64,000 bases of DNA from Candidatus Omnitrophota bacterium (GTDB lineage: Bacteria; Omnitrophota; Gorgyraeia; Gygaellales; Profunditerraquicolaceae). Shown piece after piece: positions 8,050-23,663 of this stretch. The stretch covers positions 24,320 through 88,319 of the forward strand of contig JAQTPA010000001.1 in assembly GCA_028713155.1 (NCBI GenBank). Direction: 5' to 3'. How positions within the stretch are numbered: the stretch's first letter is position 1; the number at the start of each line of letters is the position of its first letter. Below the pieces are notes generated by a model. That model was given only the letters and a program-made list of their open reading frames with translations, ran no database searches and was not told the DNA's origin. The position numbers and the translations under genes were made by a program.

Positions 8050-11000
8050 AAGGATTATACGATCCGCGTTTTGAGCATGATTCCTGTGGTGTAGGCTTTG
8101 TCTGTAATGTTAAAGGCCTAAAGAGCCACACTATTGTGGCCCAGGGCTTGGAAATACTCCGGAGCCTGGCGCACCGTGGGGCAACCGGGGCTGACCCTAA
8201 GACCGGGGATGGCGCAGGTATACTTATCCAGATGCCGCACGAATTTATGCTTAAGGTGGCCGCAGAAAATAAAATAATTTTACCGGATAAAGACAAATAT
8301 GGGACAGGCTTGGTTTTTTTACCGGTTGACGCATCAGAGCGTGAGTTTTGCAAAAACGTATTCAGTAAAATAGTTAAACAGGAAAAACAGGAATTACTCG
8401 GTTGGCGCAGCGTGCCTGTTGATAATAAGGATATAGGTAAGGCAGCCAGAGAGTCTCAGCCGGTAATCGAGCAGGTTTTTATCGGCTCAGGGCTTTACGG
8501 GCTTGAGCTGGAAAAGAAACTTTATTTAATCCGTAAACAGGTTGAAAATTTAATCCGCGCATCAGGCCTGAAACAAAAATCCCTGCCTGCCGGCAGGCAG
8601 GATTCTTTTTATATTGTTAGTCTTTCCAGCCGTACGCTTATTTATAAGGGGCTGTTTATGCCGGAACAGGTAGCCAGTTTTTTCCCGGATTTAAAAGATG
8701 CGGATATGCAGAGTTGCCTCAGCCTGGTGCACTCACGTTATTCCACGAATACCTTTCCGGCCTGGAATTTATCCCAACCCTTCAGGTTTTTAGCGCACAA
8801 CGGAGAGATCAATACCCTGCGCGGTAATATTAACTGGATGCGGGCAAGGGAAGGGTTGTTAAGGAGCAAGGCTTTCGCTGATTTAAAGAAGGTATTTCCA
8901 ATAATCGTCCCTGGCGGAAGCGATTCCGCAGCCATCGATAATATTTTCGAACTTCTTTATTTGTCCGGAAGGTCCCTGCCGCATACGATGATGATGCTTA
9001 TCCCCGGGGCCTGGGAGGGGAACCGGTTACTGGATGAAAAGATAAAGGGGTTCTACCGGTTTCATGCCTGTTTCATGGAGCCCTGGGATGGCCCGGCAGC
9101 AATGGCTTTTACCGATGGCGAAAAAATCGGAGCCATCCTGGATAGGAACGGCTTGCGCCCCGCACGCTACCTGGTGACTAAAAATGATCTAGCTATTATG
9201 GCTTCGGAGGTGGGGGTTTTAGATATCAAGCCGGAAGATATTGCTTATTCCGGAAGGCTTGAACCCGGGAAAATGTTTTTTATCGATACCCGGGCCGGCC
9301 GGATAATTGACGATGCGCAAATCAAAAGAGAGGTATCTTCAGGGAAACCCTATGCCCGTTGGCTAAAAGAAAATATCCTGGAACTGGATGAGCTTCCTAA
9401 GGCAGTAGTAAAAGAAGATAAGTTTGATACTTCAAAGCTCTTAAATAATTTTGGCTACAGCCGCGAAGACCTTAAATTTATCCTTAAACCTATGGCTCAA
9501 AGCGGCCAGGAACCGGTTAGTTCAATGGGTAATGATACGCCCCTGGCGGTTTTATCAAACCGGCCGCAATTACTCTTTAGTTATTTTAAGCAACTTTTCG
9601 CCCAGGTGACTAATCCGGCGATTGACCCTATCCGCGAAGAGCTGGTTATGAGTTTATATACTTACCTGGGTCCGGAGAAAAATATGCTGGAGGAGACAGC
9701 CGGCCACGCGCATAAATTATGCGTTAGGAATCCTATTCTTAATAATGAGGAGCTGGAGAGAATACGTAAGATAAAAAGGAAGGGGTTTAAGGCTAAAACC
9801 GTATCGTTATTGTTTGAGGTAAAGAAAAAAGGCGCTTTAAAAAAAGCGGTTGAACGCCTGCGCCGGGAAACAGTTGCAGCTATAAAGAGCGGGTATACCT
9901 TTGTAATTTTATCTGACCGTGGGGTAGACCAGGGCCATGCCGCTATCCCCAGCCTGTTGGCTTGCTCAGCAGTGCATCATTACCTTGTGCGCCGGGCGCA
10001 GCGTACGCAGACTAGCCTGATCTTAGAGACAGCTGAACCCCGCCAGGTGCACCACTTTGCTTTATTATTTGGTTATGGCGCGGATTGCGTCAATCCTTAT
10101 TTAGGTTATGCGGCAGTCGCTAAACTAATTGACGATAAAGAATTGGATATGGACAAGAAGACGGCCCTGGAAAATTACGTTAAAGCGGTTGATAAGGGGA
10201 TTTTAAAAATTATTTCCAAGATGGGTATCTCTACTTTACAGAGTTACCGCGGCGCCCATATATTTGAAGCATTAGGCATCGGCAGAGAGGTTATTGAAGA
10301 ATATTTTAACGGAACAGTCTCCAGGATCGGCGGCGTGGGTCTTGAGGTTATTGCCAGAGAAACCTTAATGCGCCACCAGGAAGCCTTCAGCCAAATAATC
10401 CAGAGTTCAGGACTTTTATCTACGGGAGGCCTTTATCAGTGGAAACGCGACGGCGAGTTCCACCTTTGGAATCCGGAAAGTATTTCTGCCTTGCAGGACG
10501 CGGTGCGGAATAATGACTCCAGGCGCTACCAGGAATTTTCTCAGTTTATCAATGATCAGCACATCCAGCCGGTTACCTTAAGAAGCCTTTTTAAATTTAA
10601 AAAGACCACCTCTATCCCGCTGGAAGAAGTTGAACCGGTAGAAGAGATCGTCAAGCGTTTTGCCACCGGCGCCATGAGCTTTGGCTCGATCTCGCGTTCG
10701 ACACATGAAACAATTGCTATTGCCATGAATCGCCTGGGAGGAAAATCTAATACCGGAGAAGGAGGAGAAGACCCCGAGCGCTTTATTCCGTTAGCTAACG
10801 GTTATTCCAAAAGGAGCGCGATAAAACAGGTTGCCTCCGGCCGTTTTGGCGTGACGACCAATTATCTGATTAATGCGGATGAAATACAGATTAAAGTTGC
10901 CCAGGGCGCCAAGCCCGGTGAAGGAGGGCAATTACCCGGCCATAAAGTAAGCGTAACTATCGCCAGGACCCGTTATACTACGCCCGGGGTAACCTTGATC

Positions 11001-12557
11001 TCGCCGCCGCCGCACCATGATATTTATTCCATTGAAGACCTGGCTCAGCTTATTTTTGATTTAAAGAACACTAACCCCCAGGCGCGCATAAGCGTAAAAT
11101 TAGTTTCTGAAATCGGGGTAGGGACGGTTGCCGCGGGCGTAGCCAAGGGCCATGCGGATATGATTTTGATTTCAGGAGGGGACGGCGGAACAGGGGCTTC
11201 TCCTTTAAGTTCCATTCAGCACGCCGGGCTTCCCTGGGAACTGGGTATTTCGGAAACGCATCAAACACTTGTTTTAAATGATTTGCGCAGCCGCGTGCGG
11301 TTGCAGGCTGACGGCCAGATGCGCACCGGCCGGGACGTGGCGATTGCGGCGCTCTTAGGCGCGGAGGAATTCGGATTCTGTACCGCAGTGTTAATCGTCC
11401 TGGGTTGTGTAATGTTACGCCACTGCCATTTGAATAATTGTTCGATGGGTATTGCGACACAGGATGAGCTGTTGGAGAAAAGGTTTAACGGCAAGCCCGA
11501 ATATATAATTAATTATTTTAATTTTTTGGCGCTGGAATTGCGGCAGATTATGAGTGAATTAGGGATCCGGAAAATTGACGAGATGGTCGGGCGCACCGAT
11601 CTTTTAGAATTAGACTCGGCTATCCTGCCCTGGAAAGCGGAAAAGATAGATTTTTCACGTATACTCTATAAACCTGCAGCTTCTCATTCTATAGGCAGGC
11701 ACGGTATTTCTAAACAGGACCACGGAATGGACAAAGTCCTGGACCGGGAATTGCTTGCATCTGCTCAAGCAGCCCTGGAAAGCGGAAAAAATATCCGCCA
11801 GGAATTTCCTATTAAAAATATAAACCGCGCCGTGGGCGCGATGTTAAGCGGCCGGATTTGTAAAATTTATGGAGAAGAAGGCCTGGCCGAAGATACCGTG
11901 TATTTTAAATTCAAGGGTATGGCCGGCCAAAGTTTTGGCGCCTGGCTGGCTAAAGGCGTTACCTTTGAGCTTGAAGGGATGAGTAATGATTATATAGGTA
12001 AAGGTATTTCCGGCGGTAAAATAATCGTCTATCCGGATAGAAAATCCATTTATGCATCCGATAAAAATATTATTATCGGCAATACTACTTTTTACGGCGC
12101 GATTCAAGGCCAGGCGTATATCCGCGGAATAGCCGGGGAGAGGTTCTGTATCCGTAATTCCGGGATCTCTGCTGTGGTTGAGGGCGTAGGAGACCATGCC
12201 TGCGAGTATATGACTGGCGGAAGGGTATTGGTATTAGGCAGAACCGGAAGGAATTTCGGGGCAGGCATGTCCGGAGGGATGGCCTATGTTTATGATCCCG
12301 GGAAAGCCTTTAAATATAAATGCAACCTGGCGATGGTGGAATTGGAAAGGCCCGGAGCGCAGGATATGGAAACAATCAAAAATCTTCTTACGCAGCATTA
12401 TAAATATACGGCCAGCCCAAAGGCTAAAAAGATCATGGTTAATTTTAAACAGGAAATAAAAAATTTCGTAAAAGTTATGCCCATAGAGTATAAGAGGATC
12501 CTGGGAGAGGCAAAGGTTGTTAAAAAATTGGAGCTGGGGGAGTATTCCGATGGGTGA
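8037..12557 (+). CDS. gltB: glutamate synthase large subunit
   Basis: 1506 aa. N-terminal Cys1 amidotransferase start (MENLKGLYDPRFEHDSCGVGFV), plus FMN and GXGXG domains. Confidence 0.95.
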   Translation: MENLKGLYDPRFEHDSCGVGFVCNVKGLKSHTIVAQGLEILRSLAHRGATGADPKTGDGAGILIQMPHEFMLKVAAENKIILPDKDKYGTGLVFLPVDASEREFCKNVFSKIVKQEKQELLGWRSVPVDNKDIGKAARESQPVIEQVFIGSGLYGLELEKKLYLIRKQVENLIRASGLKQKSLPAGRQDSFYIVSLSSRTLIYKGLFMPEQVASFFPDLKDADMQSCLSLVHSRYSTNTFPAWNLSQPFRFLAHNGEINTLRGNINWMRAREGLLRSKAFADLKKVFPIIVPGGSDSAAIDNIFELLYLSGRSLPHTMMMLIPGAWEGNRLLDEKIKGFYRFHACFMEPWDGPAAMAFTDGEKIGAILDRNGLRPARYLVTKNDLAIMASEVGVLDIKPEDIAYSGRLEPGKMFFIDTRAGRIIDDAQIKREVSSGKPYARWLKENILELDELPKAVVKEDKFDTSKLLNNFGYSREDLKFILKPMAQSGQEPVSSMGNDTPLAVLSNRPQLLFSYFKQLFAQVTNPAIDPIREELVMSLYTYLGPEKNMLEETAGHAHKLCVRNPILNNEELERIRKIKRKGFKAKTVSLLFEVKKKGALKKAVERLRRETVAAIKSGYTFVILSDRGVDQGHAAIPSLLACSAVHHYLVRRAQRTQTSLILETAEPRQVHHFALLFGYGADCVNPYLGYAAVAKLIDDKELDMDKKTALENYVKAVDKGILKIISKMGISTLQSYRGAHIFEALGIGREVIEEYFNGTVSRIGGVGLEVIARETLMRHQEAFSQIIQSSGLLSTGGLYQWKRDGEFHLWNPESISALQDAVRNNDSRRYQEFSQFINDQHIQPVTLRSLFKFKKTTSIPLEEVEPVEEIVKRFATGAMSFGSISRSTHETIAIAMNRLGGKSNTGEGGEDPERFIPLANGYSKRSAIKQVASGRFGVTTNYLINADEIQIKVAQGAKPGEGGQLPGHKVSVTIARTRYTTPGVTLISPPPHHDIYSIEDLAQLIFDLKNTNPQARISVKLVSEIGVGTVAAGVAKGHADMILISGGDGGTGASPLSSIQHAGLPWELGISETHQTLVLNDLRSRVRLQADGQMRTGRDVAIAALLGAEEFGFCTAVLIVLGCVMLRHCHLNNCSMGIATQDELLEKRFNGKPEYIINYFNFLALELRQIMSELGIRKIDEMVGRTDLLELDSAILPWKAEKIDFSRILYKPAASHSIGRHGISKQDHGMDKVLDRELLASAQAALESGKNIRQEFPIKNINRAVGAMLSGRICKIYGEEGLAEDTVYFKFKGMAGQSFGAWLAKGVTFELEGMSNDYIGKGISGGKIIVYPDRKSIYASDKNIIIGNTTFYGAIQGQAYIRGIAGERFCIRNSGISAVVEGVGDHACEYMTGGRVLVLGRTGRNFGAGMSGGMAYVYDPGKAFKYKCNLAMVELERPGAQDMETIKNLLTQHYKYTASPKAKKIMVNFKQEIKNFVKVMPIEYKRILGEAKVVKKLELGEYSDG

Positions 12558-13992
12558 TGTCAGAGGTTTCTTAAAATTTAAACGGAGGAAAATTGCCTAT
12601 CGCCCGGTAGGTCAACGCATCAGGGATTTTGCGGAAGTGGCGGTTTTGCCTAAAAAAGAAGATTCTGAAGAACAAGCCTCGCGCTGCATGGATTGCGGTA
12701 CGCCTTTCTGCCACGGCAGCTGCCCAGTGGCAAATTATATTCCGGAGTGGAATGATCTGGTGTTTCATAAGCAATGGGATAAAGCCCGCGTTTTGTTAAC
12801 CGCTACGAATAACCTTCCTGAAATTACCGGAAGGATTTGCCCTGCGCTCTGCGAATACGCCTGTGTCCTGGGAATAAACGACGAGCCGGTAGCTATCCGC
12901 GATAATGAGCTGGCAATCATTGAATACGCTTTTAAGCAGGGTATTATTAGATCTAACCCGCCGAAAAAACGCACGGGCAAGAAAATCGCTGTTATCGGTT
13001 CAGGCCCCGCAGGTTTAGCCTGTGCTGACCAATTAAATAAAGCGGGGCATAAGGTGGACGTTTTTGAACGCGACGATAAAATAGGCGGGATCTTGCGTTA
13101 CGGTATTCCTGATTTTAAACTGGAAAAGGATATTTTGGACAGAAGGCTAAACTTACTTAAAAAGGAAGGGATTGAATTCAAGGTTTCGACAAATATAGGT
13201 TTGGATTACCCAATTCCAAAATTAGAGAAGGACTTTGACGCTCTGGTTTTAACTTGTGGTTCACGCGCTCCCCGCGACCTGAATATTGAAGGAAGAAAAT
13301 TATCCGGCGTGCATTTTGCCATGGATTATTTAATTCAATCCAATAAACGGATAGCCGGCCAAAAATTACCTAAAGATCAATGCATTGACGCCCAGGGGAA
13401 GAAAGTCGTGGTTATTGGCGGAGGGGATACCGGATCTGACTGCGTGGGCGTAGCCCATCGCCAGGCTGCTGCTTGCGTTTCCCAGATAGAGATTATGCCC
13501 CGGCCCGCAGAATGTCGTACTAAAGATTTTCCCTGGCCAAAATATCCTCTTATTCTTAAGACATCAACCAGCCATGAAGAAGGCGGAGAGCGCGACTGGT
13601 CTATCCTCACCAAAAAGTTTATTGGTGATTCTGGCAAGCTAAAGAAAATGCTCTGCGTGAGGGTAGAGTCTAAGAAAGACACTCAAGGCTGTCCGTTTAT
13701 GCAGGAAATTAAGGGAAGCGAGTTTGAGATTGAGGCAGACCTGGTTATTCTGGCTTTGGGGTTCCTGCACCCTGAGCCCAATGGTTTAATTAAGGATTTA
13801 GGCTTAGAGCTTACGGCTAAAGGCAACGTAAAAACTGACGCCAATTTTATGACGAATATTGCAGGGGTATTTTCTGCCGGGGATATGCATCGGGGGCAGT
13901 CTTTGGTTATCTGGGCCATTTCAGAAGGCAGGCAAGCCGCTTATTGCATAGATAAATATTTAATGGGGGAGAGCTGTTTACCGAAAATATAG
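12550..13992 (+). CDS. gltD: glutamate synthase small subunit (NADPH)
   Basis: Fe-S Cys cluster plus FAD/NADPH Rossmann motif GSGPAGLACA. ATG 12550 overlaps the gltB stop as ATGGGTGA. The track's 12517 start is a probable over-extension. Confidence 0.9.
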   Translation: MGDVRGFLKFKRRKIAYRPVGQRIRDFAEVAVLPKKEDSEEQASRCMDCGTPFCHGSCPVANYIPEWNDLVFHKQWDKARVLLTATNNLPEITGRICPALCEYACVLGINDEPVAIRDNELAIIEYAFKQGIIRSNPPKKRTGKKIAVIGSGPAGLACADQLNKAGHKVDVFERDDKIGGILRYGIPDFKLEKDILDRRLNLLKKEGIEFKVSTNIGLDYPIPKLEKDFDALVLTCGSRAPRDLNIEGRKLSGVHFAMDYLIQSNKRIAGQKLPKDQCIDAQGKKVVVIGGGDTGSDCVGVAHRQAAACVSQIEIMPRPAECRTKDFPWPKYPLILKTSTSHEEGGERDWSILTKKFIGDSGKLKKMLCVRVESKKDTQGCPFMQEIKGSEFEIEADLVILALGFLHPEPNGLIKDLGLELTAKGNVKTDANFMTNIAGVFSAGDMHRGQSLVIWAISEGRQAAYCIDKYLMGESCLPKI

Positions 13993-14008
13993 ATTAACCG
14001 GTTTAAAA

Positions 14009-14092
14009 ATTGATGGTTCGACTGCGCCCATTCGACTCACTCCGTTCGCTCAGGGCTGTCCTGAGCGTAGCCGAAGGACGCTCACCATCAAT
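14009..14092. repeat. structured intergenic element: 9-bp closing stem attgatggt/accatcaat enclosing an 8-bp hairpin (cgctcagg-gctgt-cctgagcg, 14047-14067) and a ttcgact direct repeat
   Basis: Inverted repeats were read directly. It lies in the gltD 3' region before the pyrG promoter. Confidence 0.4.
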
Positions 14093-14119
14093 CCTGAGGA
14101 ATCGGCGTATTCCGAAGGA

Positions 14120-14147
14120 TTGACATCTTTCCTAAATATGGTATATT
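14120..14147 (+). promoter_or_regulatory. sigma70-like promoter, TTGACA-N16-TATATT with extended -10 TG, for pyrG
   Basis: ttgaca at 14120-14125 and tggtatatt at 14139-14147. Confidence 0.6.
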
Positions 14148-14190
14148 AATAATGGTAGTTCAGAGTAGAGCTTACCTGAGAATTAAACAA

Positions 14191-14235
14191 AGGTGTTTTG
14201 AGGCCGGACTGTCGGTCACAAAAACACCTTTTTTA
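14191..14235 (+). terminator. leader intrinsic terminator (attenuator) between the pyrG promoter and RBS
   Basis: Stem aggtgtttt(14191-14199)/aaaacacct(14221-14229) followed by T6 at 14230-14235. RBS gaggag at 14241-14246 and ATG at 14249. Confidence 0.55.
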
Positions 14236-14239
14236 TTAG

Positions 14240-15853
<1,614 letters not shown>

Positions 15854-15857
15854 AAAA

Positions 15858-16935
15858 ATGCAAGCCTTACTAGCCTTAGAAGATGGAAAGGTATTCAGGG
15901 GTCAATCTTTCGGCGCCAGCGGAGAAAGATACGGTGAGGTGGTTTTTAATACCAGTATGACCGGGTACCAGGAGATCCTTACCGATCCATCCTATAGAGG
16001 CCAGATTATAGCTATGACTTATCCCTTGATCGGTAATTACGGGATAAACCCGGAAGACGTAGAATCGTTTAAACCTTTTGCCGAAGGTTTAGTAGTCAAA
16101 GAATGCTGCAAGCGGCCCAGCTCCTGGCGCTCGCAAAAAACACTGGCCGCGTATCTTAAGGAAAATAATCTCTTGGGGATTGAGGGAGTAGATACCCGTA
16201 GCCTCACTTTGCATATCCGGGAAGCCGGGGCAATGAAAGCAGTTTTATCCACTTTAGACCTTGATCCAAAAAGGCTGGTGCAGAAAGCTAAAAATTCCCG
16301 AGGGCTGGTTGGCGTGGATTTAGTTAGAGAAGTCACTAAGAATGAGATTTATGCCTGGATGCGCCCGAAAGGCAAAAGGCATAAGGTAGTCGTTCTGGAT
16401 TGCGGAGTTAAATATAACATTTTGAGGGAACTTCTAAAAAATAGATGTCAGGCCGTAGTTGTGCCTGCGCATACCGGGGCTGACGCGATCCTGAAACTTA
16501 AGCCGGATGGCTTATTACTTTCTAACGGCCCGGGAGATCCAACCGCAATCAGTTACGTTATTGAAACTACCCGAAAATTAATTGGCCGGTTGCCTATCTT
16601 TGGCATTTGTCTTGGCCATCAGGTCCTTGGCCTGGCCTTAGGCGGCAAAACCTATAAACTTAAATTTGGCCATCACGGCGCTAATCATCCGGTCAAGGAC
16701 TTGAAGACCGGGAAGGTTTATATTACCGTGCAGAATCACGGTTTTTGCGTGGATATAGATTCTCTGGATCATAAAGAAATTGAGATCACCCATCTGAATT
16801 TGAATGACCAGACGCTGGAAGGGATGAGGCATAAGAAATTACCGATTTTCTCCGTACAATTCCATCCCGAGGCCTCTAGTGGGCCGCGCGATGCCGGGTA
16901 TTTATTCGCAGAGTTTATCAAGGTAATGGAAAAAT

Positions 16936-16943
<8 letters not shown>
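15858..16943 (+). CDS. carA: carbamoyl-phosphate synthase small (glutaminase) subunit
   Basis: Starts [15 protein letters not shown]. Motifs GICLGHQ and HPE present. Start reassigned from the track's 15756 to ATG 15858, just after the pyrG stop. Confidence 0.9.
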
Positions 16944-20151
<3,208 letters not shown>

Positions 20152-20221
20152 GGCTAGTACTTACGCGCAATAAATCCTCCCTAGTCGTATAAATCTCCTA
20201 AAATAAATTTTTTCTATTAGG

Positions 20222-20250
20222 CTTGACAGCTAGGGTATTTTTGCTAAAAT
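20222..20250 (+). promoter_or_regulatory. sigma70-like promoter TTGACA-N16-TAAAAT upstream of the hydrogenase operon
   Basis: ttgacagctagggtatttttgctaaaat. Confidence 0.45.
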
Positions 20251-20377
20251 ACTACCCGATTCGCGTTAACCAACCTTACTGCAGGGCTTTTTAGGCCTAC
20301 CTAAATAGAATCAATTTATTATCATCATAAGGGATAATAAAGATAGCAGAGGGGTAAGTTAGAAGGGTAATTAGATC

Positions 20378-21820
20378 ATGGGTTATGCTAATTTAGTCAT
20401 AGGTGCGATTTTTATCCCGGTAATCGGCGCGTTCTGCCTGCCCTTGGCCGCCAGGGCCTCTAACCGTTTAAGGAACCTGCTTTCTTTTGCCTTTATTGCG
20501 TCTTCTTTTATCCTTTCCTTAAAGTTGATTCCGCTGGTTTTATCCGGACAGACAATTTTAATCACCAAGCAGTTTGCCCTCGGCCTTAATTTTACACTGC
20601 TGGCAGACAGCCTGGCGGTATTTATGGCCTGCGTCTCAAGCTTAATCAGCGCGCTCATCGTCTTGTATTCATTCGGATATATCAGCCACTACGAAAATCA
20701 GAATGAATATTATTTTATGGTTACGCTTTTTCTCGGAGCAATGATCGGCCTGATTTTTTCCGCCAATCTTATTCTCCTTTATATATTCTGGGAGATAACC
20801 GCTATTACCAGCTGGCGCCTGATAGGGTTCTTTAGGGATAAACCCTATGTGCTGAAAGCGGACAAGGCCTTTTTAGTGACGGTTTTCGGAAGCCTGGTCA
20901 TGTTAGTTGGTTTCTTGGCTATTTATCAACAAGCCGGTTCATTTGACTTGCCCGTGATTAGAGAGGCCTTTAAGACACAATTAATATCTAACTTGACAGT
21001 AATTTTGATCCTGGCCGGTATATTCTCTAAATCGGCAACTTTGCCGTTTCATACCTGGCTTCCGGATGCCGGTGTCGCGCCCAGTCCGGTTACCGCGCTT
21101 CTGCACGCCGCGGTCTTAGTCAAGATAGGCGTCTATGTTTTCGCCCGTATTTTTATCGTGAATATTACTCCGGATGTCTTATGGCATACGGTTGTGCCTT
21201 TAGCCGCCGGTTTAAGTGCGATTGTTTCTGCAGGCGCTGCGCTCCTGGAGACGGATTTAAAAAGGATCATTGCCTATTCTACGATCAGCCAGATCGGATT
21301 TATTTTCTTCGGTTTAGCCATAGGTAATGGAGTGGCCATATTGGGCGCGCTGCTCTATATCCTGATGCATGGCCTGGCTAAGGCCGGGTTATTCCTTTGC
21401 GCCGGCATAGTTGAGCAGAACGCAAAAGTCAAAGATATTACCAAGCTTGGCGGACTGATTTCTACCATGCCTGTAACTGCTGTATCGTTTTTATTCTGCT
21501 CTTTTTCCATAATGGGCGTTCCGCCGTTCGGGGGTTTTTTCAGTAAGTTTTTGGTATTTAACGGCGCGTTAGCTTCGGAGAGGCTCTGGGTAGTCCTCAT
21601 ATTCCTCATCGCCGCATTCATGACTATTATCTATCTTTTCAGGGTTTTTAACCTGGTATTTTTAGGCAAGGCAAACATTCAGGCGAAAGAGTCCAGCCCG
21701 ATTATGGTCGCGACTGTCGCGACACTCGCCGGACTTTCCCTGGTTGCGGGAATTTTAATTTACTATCCCTATAAATTCGCGCAAATCGCTACTTGGCAGA
21801 TGTTAGGAGCGATTAAATGA
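20378..21820 (+). CDS. NuoN/MnhD-like antiporter-type membrane subunit
   Basis: Multi-TM protein. 'FHTWLPDA' is the NuoL/M/N family signature. Confidence 0.75.
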   Translation: MGYANLVIGAIFIPVIGAFCLPLAARASNRLRNLLSFAFIASSFILSLKLIPLVLSGQTILITKQFALGLNFTLLADSLAVFMACVSSLISALIVLYSFGYISHYENQNEYYFMVTLFLGAMIGLIFSANLILLYIFWEITAITSWRLIGFFRDKPYVLKADKAFLVTVFGSLVMLVGFLAIYQQAGSFDLPVIREAFKTQLISNLTVILILAGIFSKSATLPFHTWLPDAGVAPSPVTALLHAAVLVKIGVYVFARIFIVNITPDVLWHTVVPLAAGLSAIVSAGAALLETDLKRIIAYSTISQIGFIFFGLAIGNGVAILGALLYILMHGLAKAGLFLCAGIVEQNAKVKDITKLGGLISTMPVTAVSFLFCSFSIMGVPPFGGFFSKFLVFNGALASERLWVVLIFLIAAFMTIIYLFRVFNLVFLGKANIQAKESSPIMVATVATLAGLSLVAGILIYYPYKFAQIATWQMLGAIK

Positions 21821-23652
21821 CGGCCATAGCTTTACTCCTGACGATAATTATTCCTCTATTTTCAGGCGTAGGCATGTTTATTTTTCCGCAGAAGATGCGT
21901 CGGGTAAAAGAAGCCTTATTAATCCTCTCTAGTCTGGCCGGGCTGTGCCTGTCCGTATTTCTATTCAAACAGGATTTTACTTTTAACTTGCCTTGGATTG
22001 GCCCGGGCCTGGGATTGTCGTTTAGGATGTATAATTTCAGTGCCTTTATGCTTTTGTCTACCGGGTTCTTCGGTTTCTTAATTGCTTCATATTCTGTTGT
22101 TTTTATGCAGGGGAAAAAATTTGTCAGCCAGTTTTACGGGTATTTTCTCCTCTGCCTTGGTTTTAGCAACGGTGTATTCTTAGCCGATAACCTTTTGGCT
22201 ATGCTTTTCTTTTGGGAGGGCTTTTTGGTTTTAATTTTCGGGATGATTGCTGTCGGCAATAAGGATGCTTTTAAGACCGCTACCAAAGCTTTTATTATCG
22301 TAGGTATAACTGATTTATGCCTGATGGCAGGCATTGCTTTAACCGCACACCTTAGCGGGACGATGGTTATCTCCAGTATAAACCTTCCCTTAAATAATAC
22401 ACTGGCAAATTTAGCGTTTATACTCCTTATGGTCGGCGCAATCTCAAAAGGCGGGGCAATGCCGTTTCATTCCTGGATTCCGGATGCGGCAATTGACGCG
22501 CCGCTTCCTTTTATGAGCCTTATCCCGGCGGCATTAGAGAAGCTCTTAGGTATATATTTTCTCACCAGGATTGCGCTGGATCTATTCCAGTTCACCGCGC
22601 ATTCAGCATTAAGCACTCTGCTTATGGTTGTGGGCGCTCTTACGATTATCCTGGCGGTAATGATGGCCTTGGTCCAGAAGGATTATAAGCGCCTCCTGTC
22701 CTACCACGCCATAAGCCAGGTGGGCTATATGATCTTAGGCATCGGTACAGCTCTTCCCGTGGGCATCGTCGGCGGGATCTTCCATATGATTAACAATGCT
22801 TTATATAAAAGCGGGCTATTCCTTACTGCCGGCAGCGTGGAGAAACAGACAGGTACAACTAATTTGGAGAAATTAGGAGGGCTAGGCAGGAAGATGCCGG
22901 TTACCTTCGGCTGCTTTCTGATTACTGCTTTTGCTATATCGGGGGTCTGGCCGTTTAACGGCTTTTTTTCCAAGGAGCTGGTCTATGACGCGGCAATTGA
23001 GCGGGGATGGATATTTTATCTTGCCGCGGTTTTAGGCTCATTTTTTACCGCTGCTTCATTCTTAAAATTGGGGCACGCCGCGTTTTTAGGCAAGCTCGGT
23101 TCTGAAAACACAAAGACCAAAGAGGCTCATTGGAGCATGTTATTTCCCATGGCTGTAATTGCCATTGTTTGTGTGGTCTTTGGCGTATTTAATCAGTTAC
23201 CGTTAAATCATTTAATTCAACCGGTGCTGGCTGGAAAATTAGCCGGGCATAATTTCAGCGGTTTCCCCGCCAGCATGAAGCTGGTGGTTATTACTTGCGT
23301 GGTTTTATTTTTAGCTTTAGTTAACCATATTTTAGGCGTCAGGGCCAAGGGCAGCGGCTTACACGCCTTAGACCATATCCGTTATGCGCCTGGCCTGGCT
23401 AAGATTTATGATTTAGCCGAGAAAAGATTTTTTGACCCCTATAATTGGGGATTAGGTTTAGTGGGTATTATTTCCAGAATCAGCCTGGGGATAGACCGGG
23501 GAATAAACTGGCTCTCTGACGGGTTAACCGTGCGCCTGGCGTATGGTTTTTCCTCGGGGATCAGGAAGATGCACACAGGGAATTATTCGGTGTACCTGGC
23601 CTGGTCGCTCGTAGGGATGCTGGTTATTTTTGGCTTTCTGGTTATTTTTTAG
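21817..23652 (+). CDS. NuoL/MnhA-like antiporter-type membrane subunit with C-terminal extension
   Basis: 611 aa. FHSWIPDA motif. The long C-terminal region before the final TM is consistent with a NuoL-type lateral helix. Confidence 0.75.
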   Translation: MTAIALLLTIIIPLFSGVGMFIFPQKMRRVKEALLILSSLAGLCLSVFLFKQDFTFNLPWIGPGLGLSFRMYNFSAFMLLSTGFFGFLIASYSVVFMQGKKFVSQFYGYFLLCLGFSNGVFLADNLLAMLFFWEGFLVLIFGMIAVGNKDAFKTATKAFIIVGITDLCLMAGIALTAHLSGTMVISSINLPLNNTLANLAFILLMVGAISKGGAMPFHSWIPDAAIDAPLPFMSLIPAALEKLLGIYFLTRIALDLFQFTAHSALSTLLMVVGALTIILAVMMALVQKDYKRLLSYHAISQVGYMILGIGTALPVGIVGGIFHMINNALYKSGLFLTAGSVEKQTGTTNLEKLGGLGRKMPVTFGCFLITAFAISGVWPFNGFFSKELVYDAAIERGWIFYLAAVLGSFFTAASFLKLGHAAFLGKLGSENTKTKEAHWSMLFPMAVIAIVCVVFGVFNQLPLNHLIQPVLAGKLAGHNFSGFPASMKLVVITCVVLFLALVNHILGVRAKGSGLHALDHIRYAPGLAKIYDLAEKRFFDPYNWGLGLVGIISRISLGIDRGINWLSDGLTVRLAYGFSSGIRKMHTGNYSVYLAWSLVGMLVIFGFLVIF

Positions 23653-23663
23653 GAGAATAGATC

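Noticed and set aside
14142-14160. Bacillus-type reiterative G-addition mechanism for the pyrG attenuator
   Set aside because: The 5' arm of the leader terminator is not pyrimidine-rich, so poly-G antitermination pairing is not supported. Attenuation is proposed, but not this specific mechanism.
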